From Raillietiella orientalis (Eukaryota), in NCBI GenBank assembly GCA_036172245.1, contig JAYWIR010000001.1, forward strand, positions 1,798,001-1,862,000: 64,000 bases of DNA, written 5' to 3'. A model generated the notes under the pieces. The model was not told where the DNA came from and did not search any database. It was given only the letters and a program-made list of their open reading frames with translations. Position numbers and translations under genes: made by a program. Positions 37,001-48,116 of the stretch are shown in pieces; the stretch's first letter is position 1; every line of letters begins with the position of its first letter.

Positions 37001-40000
37001 ATTGGGTCTCCTGTAGGTTTTTCGTGAGAGATCACCTGGAGCACCATGTGATGGAGGCAGGAGTATCGGGATCGGGAATCTCGGGTATCCCGAGATTCCC
37101 GATCCCAGAAGTGCGTGTGGCTTTAGGGCCCAGAGGATGGCGCGGAGAAAACTGGACGAGATCGGAGAGTTCTGCGAGTCCCCATCCGAAAGCAGCGGCC
37201 ACTCTTCGTGGTCGAGCTTTTCCGGCCGCACGGCAGACTCGTTCCCGCCTGGGCCGCCCAGAAGTGGATGCGGCGGGAAAACCCCTGTTATTCGCGGAGG
37301 ATTCACTGGCTCCTGCGCTTTTGCAAGTTTTGTACCCGGTGACCGGGAAGGCCTAAGGCGACCGGGGGGTCTTCAGCCCCATCTTCGCCGTCTGATTCCC
37401 CCTCTCTCCCCTCTGCTCAAGGCTGTGGAGTTCTATAGTTGTGTCGCCCCGGAACGGCGCACTCTGGGGCACGCCAAGTCTCTCCTGATGGTCCTCCTCC
37501 CATCGCTTATGCCATCTGAGCTTCTTCCACACTTGGCACCATTGTCGGACCCCGAGGTGCTGGAGGTCACTCTGATGGATTCCAGTCGCTCCTCTCTCGG
37601 TGAGGTGCAGGGCCACTTACCTTCCAGTCCTTCCTCACCTGGGGCTTTGGCAGGAGGTCCGCGATGGGACAGGAAACATCCAGCGCCGGGCACAGTTTCG
37701 AGTCCCCTTCTGAAGAATGGGTTGGCCAGAGGCCACCGGCTCCCACCCTCCTTCAGCCCCAAACAGTCAGAGCCTGCGTGCCCGCGTCGGAGGCCACGTG
37801 GTTGCGGTCTCCGCTCCTGGCACCAGGTGTCGCGGGTCCGAAGACTCTGAAAGAATCGACGCCGAAGAAATAGAGGTGCGCCGTGGGTTTCGAATTCCTC
37901 CTGCAAGATGACGTTGGTCCCCCTGTATTCAGATGCAGCACTGGTGGCTGTTAAAACCGGATGCCCCTGATGAGTGTCCGGGATTGGGAGTCGACCCTCC
38001 GGGGTCCTTCCAGGAAACAGAGTCAAGGAGTGCGGTTTCCTTCGAGGTTCCCCTCCGGTTGTGTAAAGGAGCTGTCCCTCCATTCTCGTGGATGGACCTT
38101 CCGTCTCGTACCATGGAGCTGGTAGATTGACGATGCCTCCCCAGTGTGTAAAGAAGCGTGTCTCTCCCGTCGGGGAGAGCCCTTCTGAGCAAATTCAGAA
38201 GCGTCCTTTCGGGGTTCTCTTCAGAGGAGCAAACAGGAGCGATTCCCTCCGGAGGAGAAAAAATCGAACGACCCTCTTCAGGGACCCTTCCGGAGAGAAT
38301 AAGGAAGAAGAGATTACCTTCAAGGTTTCCTTCGAAGACAAACAGGGTGGAGGTTTCTCTTTGGAGATCCCTTCCCAGGCGTGAGAGAAATGGACTCCGT
38401 GCCCTTCCTGGAATCATAGGGCGGTTCCCTCCCGGGATACCCTCTATCTTGAAAAATTACACGCATCTTCGGGTGACGTGCAACAGCGTTAAAGAGCTCC
38501 GTGCGCCTCCGGGTGTGCGGCGGTTCTTGAGGTACTTGGCGAAAAAAAAAAAAAGAAAGCTGCAAGGAAAACAGCGAAGACAGAAAAGAACTCCCAAAGG
38601 ATCTGTATCATCCTTAAGGAAAAAGGAAAAAAGGGACCACAGTCTTAAAGGAAGCGATCCTCTGGGTAGGGCACGGTCTTCCACCGGTGCTGGTCCTTTA
38701 CCCAGAGAGAGCCTTCCTCCCCAGTGCTTTTGGAGTACGGGGCTCACCTCAAGAGAAACCCCCTCGAGTGAGGAAAAGATCTCTAGCGTGCGGAGGGGAA
38801 ACATGTAGGGTGGCCATCCATCCGTCCTTTCGGGAAGAAGGGAACGGCGCGGCGGAAGTCAGTTCTGGAGCCGGCGGCTTCTTCCGGGGTGCCCTGCCGC
38901 AAGGTGGACGGCTCTCGTGGAAGAGCGGCTCGCAAGGCCTATGGGCGCGGGCTCCGCGCTCGTGAGACGGAAGAACGGTGGCACTCGGTCCTCTGCTTGA
39001 GCGCGGGTGTGCGCGCGCGCTGCTCAGTCTCCCCGCTCCTTCGTCTCCGCCCACGTACCATCCTTGGCAAGCACCGGTGAAAGTCAAAGAGGCGTCTCCA
39101 GATGTGGCACTAGGATAACGGAGCCAACTCAAGTGGCGCGACGGAGAGAGAGAGAGGGGCAGAAGCCAAGCAGAGAGTTGGACGTCAGGAGGGTCAAGTG
39201 GAGGATTCGAGACGGTCAGTCGGGGTTATGACTCGTCCATGCCCCCGGGCTGCAGCGCATTTCCGAGTTCCTTGCCAAGGCTCGAGCCGCGTAGAGGAGA
39301 CTGTGCACGAGGCAGCAAGAGCCACGGTCTCTCGATGTGCTACTCGGAGGGGGGCAGCGCGCGCATCTGCTGCAGGGCGTTCAGGATGGGGGGTAGGGGA
39401 GCGAGGGTAGGAGGAAGGAAGCCGCCCATCACTCAGGGGGTTGGAGCTTCCTGCTTCTTCTGAGCATAGGACCAATCAATCATCTAGACCTCCTCGATGG
39501 TAGAGGAACCCTTGAATCACGGACCTCGCCTTCCCTTACGCACCGTCTGGCACGGGGATGAAGGAAGCAGAAAAGAATGGACATCACGCGTGGTCCGGAA
39601 CACGCCTGTTCGGAGGCGGAGGATGACCGCTCCGAAGCACGGCATGACCCGTCAGCCGCAACGGGGACTGGAGGGAGGTGACTTACGGGAGCCCCCTTCG
39701 AGCAGCCCCTGTTTTCCTAAAAAGTCGGCCTCACCGGCAGCAGGCGTGGCGTTCCGGACGCTCCACGAGCACTCCTCCCCAGCTGCCGGAAACTCTCGCC
39801 ACCGCGGAGGCGCGGCTGCTTCGGCCAAGGCTTGCCGTACCGAGGACTGCTGCTACCCTCCGCCGGCAGCATCCCTGCGACCCGGCAGCTCGCGTTCCCT
39901 GCGACCGCCGTCTCGGGCCCTCGGCGGTGTGCGGCTTCGCGCCGGGGTCCCGCCAGCCGCCTGGCGGAGCGGCTCGCAAACCTGCCGCTGCCGTCCGCTC

Positions 40001-43000
40001 GCCTCGCTGCTCTTTCCGTGCCGGGTGAAGACCGGTGACTGCATTGCAGGTTGGCTGGATCCGCTCCTGGAGAGGATCGGACGGAACCCGACAGCCGTGG
40101 TCTGCCCAGTCATCGACATAATAAACGACACCACGTTCGAGTACCACCACCAGAAGGGAGGCGAGGTTGCCGAGATCAGCGTGGGAGGATTCGACTGGAA
40201 TCTGCAGGCACGGCAGCGCATCCGCGCTTTCTCCCGTCCGCAGCGCTGCCGCGGCTCGCAGGACCTTCCTCCTCAGCGCACCTTCGCACCTATCTCCGAA
40301 ACGCTCCCGGGAAACGAGGATGCCCGCTCTCGTGGTGCGAGACCCTCCTGGCGCTGGCGGAGCGAAGGAATCGCGGTGCGCGCCAGGAGGCGGGAGAGGG
40401 AGAGGAAGGCCCTCCTGTGGTGGGGTAGCACTCCAAGACGGCGAGGGGTGAACTGCTCTCCTTCTCTCTCCCCCGAGGCAGGGAGCGGCGCTCGCCCAAA
40501 TCCGACCGACGGACGCAGGACGTCGGTTGTCAAGACGCGAAGGGGAAGAACCGAATAGGAGACGGGACTGTCTCCCAACCTGGAAGGGGAGTGGGAGGTG
40601 CTGGTCCTCCTCCTTCAGGTCCTCCCGGTCTCCTGACCTCCGCATCCCTTGCAGTTCAGCTGGCACTCGGCGCCGAAGAGGGAGCTAGAGAGACGGAAGC
40701 ACCCCACGGAGCCGGTCCGCTCCCCCACCATGGCTGGAGGCCTCTTCTCAATCTCCAGGAGTTTCTTCCAGACCTTGGGCACCTACGATGACGGGTTCGA
40801 CATCTGGGGTGCGGAAAACCTGGAGCTCTCCTTCAAGGTCAGTACTCGAGACACGACCGTTCCCCTTCCCCCGACACCTCGGCACTCTTTCCCGGGGCCG
40901 CTTCCTGCTTGCTCCCGAAGCGGTGCTGTCTCCCCGGAGGCGCTGCCCTTCTACGAGGTGGGCGAGGCTCGCAACCGTTCGCGGGCCCCGCGGCACGGTC
41001 CTCAGAGCTCCTCCACCCAGCACGCAGCTCCAGCGCGAGGCTCGGCCACACCTGCTGGCCCTCAGACGCAGCATGGCGTCGCTGTGCGCGTGCGCGCATA
41101 CCGTCGACTCCCCCCTCAGCTGGGTGAGGAGAGTCGCGCGTGCGGCGTGGGAGCTGCCGCCGAGTGAGCGCGTCGCGAGCGCCGCCCCATTGTAAGATGA
41201 CGGACGCCGCCTGGCTCTGCGGACGCCTGGGGCGCGCGTCTGGGTCGTGGCAAAAATCTTGGCGAACCCGCCCTTCCCCATCCGCAGCAGGCATGCACGG
41301 GGATGCGTATACGGAGCGCCTGCGAAGCCGATTGCACCCCCTCCCCCCCCCTCGCGTGCGCGGGAAACGGTCGACCGAGCGACCGACTGCACGCGCGCGA
41401 CGCCCAGCGGATGCGCTGCTGACTACTCGCAAGAGACGGAAAACAGGCGACGGCGCGTCCTCACGATCCGATGGACGAGGCGCCGTCGGCGGGAGGATCT
41501 AGCAAACGAGCAGGAAAACCAACCGGAGATCGGAAAAAGGATGCAGTGCCGAGGGACACGCACCTCCCCCACAAGGGGGAGGGGGGGGCATTTCCACGGC
41601 GACGGTGGCCGGCTTGCCTCCTCCTCTTGTGACCCGAGTTTCCGCGGTTCCACTCGCCGCATGGGCGACCAGGGCCGCTGACGGCGCGTCTCGGTGCTTA
41701 CCTCCCTTCCTCCACGGAAGTCCCTATTCGCGCGCCCATTCTCTCCAGTCCCTCTCGGCGAAGAGCGGACGTACGAGGGAAGTGTTGCCTCCTACCACCA
41801 CCACAGGTCTTCCTAGTCGATCCGCTCCCTCCCTTCCCTCCCTGCAACAGGTGCCGCGTGCGCTGGCAGAGGCGAACTTCCCCTTCGGAGTGCTTACGCG
41901 GGGGAAGAGCGGCCTCCCAGGAAGCGCATGCTATCCCCCCCCCACCTCTTGCGTCCGGTAGGCTCCGGCAACACTCCGTAAGGGAGGATTCGAGGGAAGG
42001 GCAGGTCCCAAAGAGTGCGGAGCTTTCGAGGGGGCCCCGGGGCGGACAAAAAGAAGGGAGCACACCCGTTTCCCACCCCCCATCCCTCTAAGCCCCCTTC
42101 TGCCGAGACGCTCCCGTCCCACTTCCAGGTCTGGATGTGCGGGGGCACCCTGGAGATCGTGCCCTGCTCCCACGTGGGTCACGTATTCCGGAAGCGCTCG
42201 CCGTACAAATGGCGCGACGGGGTGGACGTGGTGCGTGCCAACTCGGTCCGGCTGGCGCTGGTCTGGATGGACGACTTCGCCAAGTACTACTTCGACAGGA
42301 TCGGGTGCCTTCCGGTAGGCGGCGCAGGCGTCCGGGATGGGCACGCGGAAGGATGGCACCCTCAGGAGGACTACGGCGACATCAGCTCGAGGGTGGCGCT
42401 GCGGAAGAAGCTGAACTGCAAGCCCTTCAGCTGGTACCTGCGGAACGTCTACCCGGAGCTCTTCGTTCCAGAGGGGGCCCTGGCCCGGGGCGCAGTGGAG
42501 AACGTGGATCCCCAGGGCCGCCGTACGTGCCTGGACGCCGACGCCCAGGAGCTGCACAGGCCCGTCGCCGGGGCCCCCTGCCACGGGGAGGGAGGCAACC
42601 AGGTGAGGGAGAGCATTAGGGTCCCTCTGGGCCAGAGGAGGTTCCCATCTCACCCCTCTTTCTCTCTTTTCCTCCCCGCTGCCCTCCCTCCTTTCCCCCC
42701 CCTCCAGTTCTGGATCCTCAGCAAGGACGGGGAGATCCGTAGGGACGACTCCTGCCTGGACTATGCCGGGAGCGACGTCACGCTGTACCCGTGCCACGGG
42801 GCCAAGGGGAACCAGCTGTGGGTCCACGACTCGGAAGTGAGGCGGGAGGGGGGGAGGGAGGGGGAAAGGTCAACTCCTCCTTTCCTCCAGCTCCACCTCC
42901 TCAGGCACGCCGTCAGCAGTCTCTGCCTGTCCCTCGGGGCCGGAAGCGGGACGCTTGCCATGGACCCCTGCGACGAGGACGACCCCGGCCAGAGGTGGTA

Positions 43001-43049
43001 CCTGGGCGACGCCAGCGTCAGCGTCTACCGGATTTGCTACCCCGAGTGA
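31051..43049 (+). CDS. Polypeptide N-acetylgalactosaminyltransferase (GT27, GALNT/pgant family, pgant5/pgant9-like), ~590 aa, 9 exons
   Basis: Exons 31051-31436, 35123-35292, 36166-36330, 40050-40207, 40655-40837, 42129-42314, 42366-42602, 42708-42836, 42891-43049 join in frame (1773 nt). N-terminal TM anchor; [49 protein letters not shown] (DxH); [47 protein letters not shown]; ricin-B repeats CLD...CHGxxGNQ. Paralog identity not assignable by eye. Confidence 0.96.
32960..34900 (-). mobile_element. Decayed L1/Tx1-like LINE in GALNT intron 1 (ORF1 knuckle, endonuclease, start of RT region)
   Basis: Ordered on minus: knuckle-like region (~34560-34480), SGDFCS...EIDR (33900-33860, GDFN-like), [12 protein letters not shown] (33549-33512, GxWKLNxSLL-like), EEEVV...APG...LSAE (33075-32995, SPGxDG-like). 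Confidence 0.55.
37785..38555 (+). mobile_element. SINE family A, near full-length copy with poly(A) tail, in GALNT intron 3
   Basis: Head GTTGCGGTCTCCGCTCCTGGCACCAGGTGTCGCGGGTCCGAA, shared body blocks, ends GTTCTTGAGGTACTTGGCG followed by an A13 run. Confidence 0.7.
39500..39960 (+). mobile_element. Possible Tx1-like ORF1 remnant in GALNT intron 3
   Basis: FPKK...[11 protein letters not shown]...[12 protein letters not shown] resembles the pre-knuckle and knuckle segment seen at 61700-62000 and 60430-60700. Confidence 0.35.
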
Positions 43050-43749
43050 GGCGTTCCTCCCTCCTTCCCTCCTCCTCCCCCCAGACACTCCCCACCCACC
43101 CCCTCTTGCATCCCGAGCCAGGGAGGTCCCCGAATACACGCCTCCCACCCCGTGCACTCCGGCGGCATTCCAGGAGCGGGACGGGGAAGGCGTGGGTCTC
43201 CTGCTAGCCAAAGCGGGCGCCGGGGGGTGGGGTCATCCACAAGACGAGGTCACCTGAGTTTCCTGCTGCAGCAGACACTCCCGGAATCGGCAAAGAGAGT
43301 GGGAAAATCCTATAGTTGGAAAGAGGGTGGCGGGTGGAATATGACCTTCTAAGCCTCGCAGTAAGGCTCGCCTGCCAGCTCTTATCCACGGTCCTCGGCC
43401 AGGGCAAGAGGGAAAGCGGTTCCTAAGGGCTCGTCTGTAGTCTCATCAGCCCTTTTTGGGAGCGACTCCCGTCCTTCCAGGTCGCTGGGACCCCGGCCAC
43501 CCAGCCTGGGGGCAATCACTCGCCTGGTCACTCCTTCTCGAGGCAAGGTATCCTCCATGGGGATGCGAGTCAAAGGTTGCTGGTACGAGCAGCTCCCGAT
43601 CCTTCCACAAGGTGAGCGTCTCCCCTCAAAGGCCTTTCTCTTCCATGAAGGAAGGGAAGGAGGAGGACGAGGCGAGGGAAGTTCGCCATCTTCGCCTCCG
43701 TGCTGAGACCACACCCGGAAGCGGTCAGGAACTCTTCCAGGCAAGTGAG

Positions 43750-44500
43750 GCAGGGAGAGTAGTGCTATTTCCTTCGTCTCTGGACCCCTCCCGGAACAGC
43801 AGGAGAAAGAGAGAGCGTTCCGGGAACTCCGAAACCCTGGGGGGAAGAAAGCTCCGACGCGGAAAAGCGGCAGCGTCTACGCGAAAGCACCAGTATCCGG
43901 GAGGCGGAGGCTTCTGGTGGGACTCTCGCTCTCGTTTCCAGGAGGGTGGTCCTTTCCAAGGGAGTCACAGGAGGAAACGCCAACCACTCTGGACGTGCAC
44001 CGTCAGCGGACGTAGGCGCGGCGTAGAGGATACGGGTCAAAAACAGCCCTGCTTAGCAACGTATAAGCCCAGCATCACTAGGATGGTGCGAACGCTGCTG
44101 TCGTTTCGGAGGGCTGCAGAGCTCAGGGGATGCTGGACGGCAGTCGGCGAAGCAGACGGGGCTTTCGTGTCGCTCACAAGGGGAAGCCCCAAAGGGCAGC
44201 GCGAGAAAGATCTACCAGGTCGCCTCCACCCTCGACGGCCAGCAACAAACACAAAAGACGACAGCCCCGGGCACTGCGACGAGCTCCCTCCAGGCGGGCG
44301 GGGAACACGCCCGAAGGCGATTTCGCAACTGGTGCGGGGTTTCAGCTACGGAAAATGAGGCGGGGAATTGGACCAGTGAAGAGAAGTCCGCAGAATGCAG
44401 CGAAAGACTGCTCTGATCACTGGTCCAAGGATCCAGTGCCCGAGGGCTGTGGGGCGGCGATGGTTTTTCGAACTGAACCATCGAATGTCTAGCGAATCGT
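43750..44500 (+). mobile_element. Decayed L1/Tx1-like ORF2 3' portion
   Basis: Ordered PGGGG...DSRSRF (GGLG-like), ARKIYQV and ERLL*SLV...ARGLW (zf-RVT tail-like). Confidence 0.35.
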
Positions 44501-45659
44501 CTTCCTGCGAGAACGTTTCTTCGTCTCGCCCACAGGAATGAGAACGTGATGAATCAAGTCGAGGGGAGGAAGGAGGGTCTGGAATAGCCAACGCCAGGCG
44601 AGACGCTCGTGAGCTCTTGTGACCCCCTCCCCCCATCGTCTGCACAGGGGTAGGAAGAAACGTAGCACCTTGCCTCAACGCTTCAGGGTCACTTTCGAAA
44701 AAAAACGCGGGAAGTTCGCGTGCGCTACCCCATTTGCGTTGTACTGCTGTGTTTTGCGATGGCGAGCCAATGACGCAGACCCTATGAGTGCATTTTTCAC
44801 CTAAAGACCTTCTTTGGATGGGCTATTTCGAGAGCACATTTCTCCTTGTTGCAGCTACAAGGAGGGAAATCCCTTTTCTTCTCGAACACGCAATGTTTGC
44901 CGACGTCGGGTTCGCTTTGGGATTGCTGCTTTTATGTATTCGTCGGAAAGGGATCCGGCGGTTATTCGATTTTGATTTCAATACGATGGAGACTACTAGT
45001 ACCAGTATATATTACTCTTGAATGATTTGAGTAGTTTTTTCTCCTTCGGATTCTCTGCTCATTCTTGAATGTCTTCAGGAAAACCCTTGAGAAATATCTG
45101 AAGTGGAAAGTTGGAATTTACGAGGGTCTAACAAAATTCTCCTTGTAACCTGATGCTCTGTTCGCAACCAAACCAAAAGTTCAGGTTCTCCATCCCTCAT
45201 GCCGTTTTTGTAGAATCTCCTTGGAATCTGACGTCCCCTCCACGGTGGCAACACTGATTTGTGCTTAATATAATAACCGATCTCGAAATGTTTTCCCACG
45301 CATCAGCAAGTTTGCTGCATTTCTAGAAATGATCTTATTGATTTTTCTTCCTCTTAGGACCTCAGAGCAAAGTGGGAGAAGCTTTTTGCTTCACAAACAG
45401 GGTGAAAAGCATAAAGGCACTAAGAGAAAATGGCTACATTAGTCTCTTATGCCTTCCAAGACACAATACTAACACAAATATACTCAGCTGATGTTTTCCT
45501 GCAATATTTTGTGTCCCTCATCTATAAACACGATGCCATCTTGGACTCAGGATTTCATCCAAAGTCTCACCATTTCAACCTTTTAATGGATTCTGCCAGA
45601 CAAAGTTCGTTCTGTGCCGGTTTGTCCGGTTCTGCATCGTCGTCGTTCATCTGATGGAC

Positions 45660-45693
45660 AATCTTCACTCAGACGGTTGTCTGAGTGAAGATT
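45660..45693. repeat. Perfect 15-bp inverted repeat with 4-nt spacer
   Basis: AATCTTCACTCAGAC-GGTT-GTCTGAGTGAAGATT. Confidence 0.95.
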
Positions 45694-48116
45694 CTGCTTT
45701 TTTCATTTGGAAGCTCATGAAAGTGTTTGTGGTAAACATTTGAAACTTAAAAGATGACTTTGAAATTTGGAAACGTTAGCTTACAGCCGTACAAGCTGAA
45801 AACTTGAAAGCTTCTGATGACGGCTGTACATATTAATTGACACCGTGTCAGCAGGCATAATGGGAAGCAAGAATACAGGGAGAACCTTCCTATTCAGCGT
45901 AGCAAACGCAAACAGGGCATAAAATCTCATTAGAAAATCTCAAGCTTGCTTTCAACGTGAGCTTAGAAAAGCTACACCTATATATATTGCCTGGTTTAAA
46001 TCTGAATTCATGGAAAGTAATAAAACTCGTACTTTCAACTTTTCTTATGGGCACTTATCAAATAATTCTATGAGGTTTCTAAGATGATTACTCATGTTTT
46101 ATAACGCATGCCTCTCTCATAGAAGAGAGATAGGGAGGACCAGGGAGGCAGAAAAGGAGCAGCTATGTTGTGTTTCGAGATGCAACGATGGAAACAGCAG
46201 CTCGTTTTTTTATTGATATCCGTTCGCAGTTGTAGAGGATTTGCAGATGCATTCTAATATCATTTATCCAATCATGACTCACTTACATGATCCTTAATAT
46301 GGTTCCCACAGTGTTCTGACATTAAGAGCTGGTCTCAGAGTGTGGAACGTCAAATATTCAAGTGTTTTGATATCATGTAGCAGAGAAACGGCATGAATGA
46401 ATAAGAGATATTGCTCTCCTGCATCAAAGTCTGAGAAACCAGTACTTTCTCCAGGCAAGACATCAGCATTAAACGTTTTAGTTAGAAGAGCCGTTCATAT
46501 CTAATGCAAATCTTTTCACTGACTTACCTAATGGATTTTCTTATGTAACGAAAAGTCCTGTTGCTTTCAAAAGACTGAAGCATTCCCGATCCAGTTCATA
46601 AGCAAAGTGAATTTCATTTTCAAAATTTTTCTGCATTTTATATTTCGAGTCACTCTCTATGATCTCACTGGTGAACTTAGCTCTATTCCTTAAAACTAAA
46701 AATGCCGTCTGCTAAAAGCATCAACTACTGGAATTGAACAGGATGCCAAAAGATGCATTCACATGCCATCTGGAAATCTACTATAAGTTTTCACTGAACA
46801 GAATGAAGTTAACTTTGCATTTCAGTCAAATAAATAATTGAGATGGTGACTGTGTCATATAATAACTATTCAAATCTGAATGTGGTTTCTATAACTGTCT
46901 TATATAGAATGGCTAACAAAAGGCTTTCAAGACACTGTTCGTTCATGTTGGAGAATTAAAAAATAAAAAAAAGACTGCCTCCAGGTACTTCTTAATGAAA
47001 TCTTTGTCACAAGTAAACTAAGCTGTTTTAACTTGATGAATGAACGAAAATAAAAATATCTCGGGAGATTCCGAAAACGTTGAAGAAACATCTGTTTTAA
47101 TCCATCGAACAAATGAATGGACATTCTGTATTCAAAAAAATGAAAAATTTTTGTACTTAAAAAGCTAACGTAAAGGACGCTGATTTTCATTTTTTAAAGA
47201 AAATGAGCTATTTACTATGCTAAGCCCTTAACATAAGCATTTCAAACACAATTAATTTTCTGCAGAATTACCCAAGGCTCAAGTTCTTTCTTTATTAGTT
47301 ATTTATGTTGATAAACAAGGAACGAATAAAAAAAGAAGAAACCTGAGCTTGAAATGGATTATTATGTTAAGAGAGCAAAATTACTTTCTGAGAGCTAAAT
47401 ATCATCTCCGATGACGATGGAATGATGTCCTTCGAAAGATGAGAAGCATTTTCAGTTCCATGAGTCCTATATGAATGTGCATGTTTCCACCGCATAGCAA
47501 TGAAAAGGAGGTCGAATAAACATAATACTCGTGATTCACTGTGCTCTGGTTTACTATAGTTGACCACGGTTGTGATCGTGGTTTTCAACAAGCAAAGTTC
47601 TTCAGCAGAAGCGGGTTTTCATTCGATTTGATCTCTTTGGAGGGGGGGGGGGATTCGTGTTTGTTAGGGAAGTGAGTTCAATGTAAAACATTGTAAAACA
47701 TCCCTTTCTGTGCTCTGCGAGGAGCTGAAAAATCTTTATGTACACCGACTTTTATTTCCAGGACAGTGTGGTGTTTTCCTGTAAATTTCGTACGTGAGGA
47801 CACATATTTATTTATTTACTTATTTTTGCCGCCGCAAGCGATTGAAATTAAATTGGAAAAGCTTGCGAACTCTGAGCTCGCTTGCCCATCAGCTGATGAA
47901 AAGGTCGGGCTTCCGTGGTCGGCTGATAGTTGAGGTTGGTGCCCCCTTTTTGTCCGCCACACCAAAGGAAATACACACTTTAAGTGTCGATTTGTGAGCC
48001 TGAGAACGTGATCCAGAGGGAATGAAGATCCGTTTTCATCCGGAAACTTGAAGCAGAGGACCGAGATTCACTACTACCGTGTGTATACAGTACATATAGG
48101 TGAATACATTTCCATT

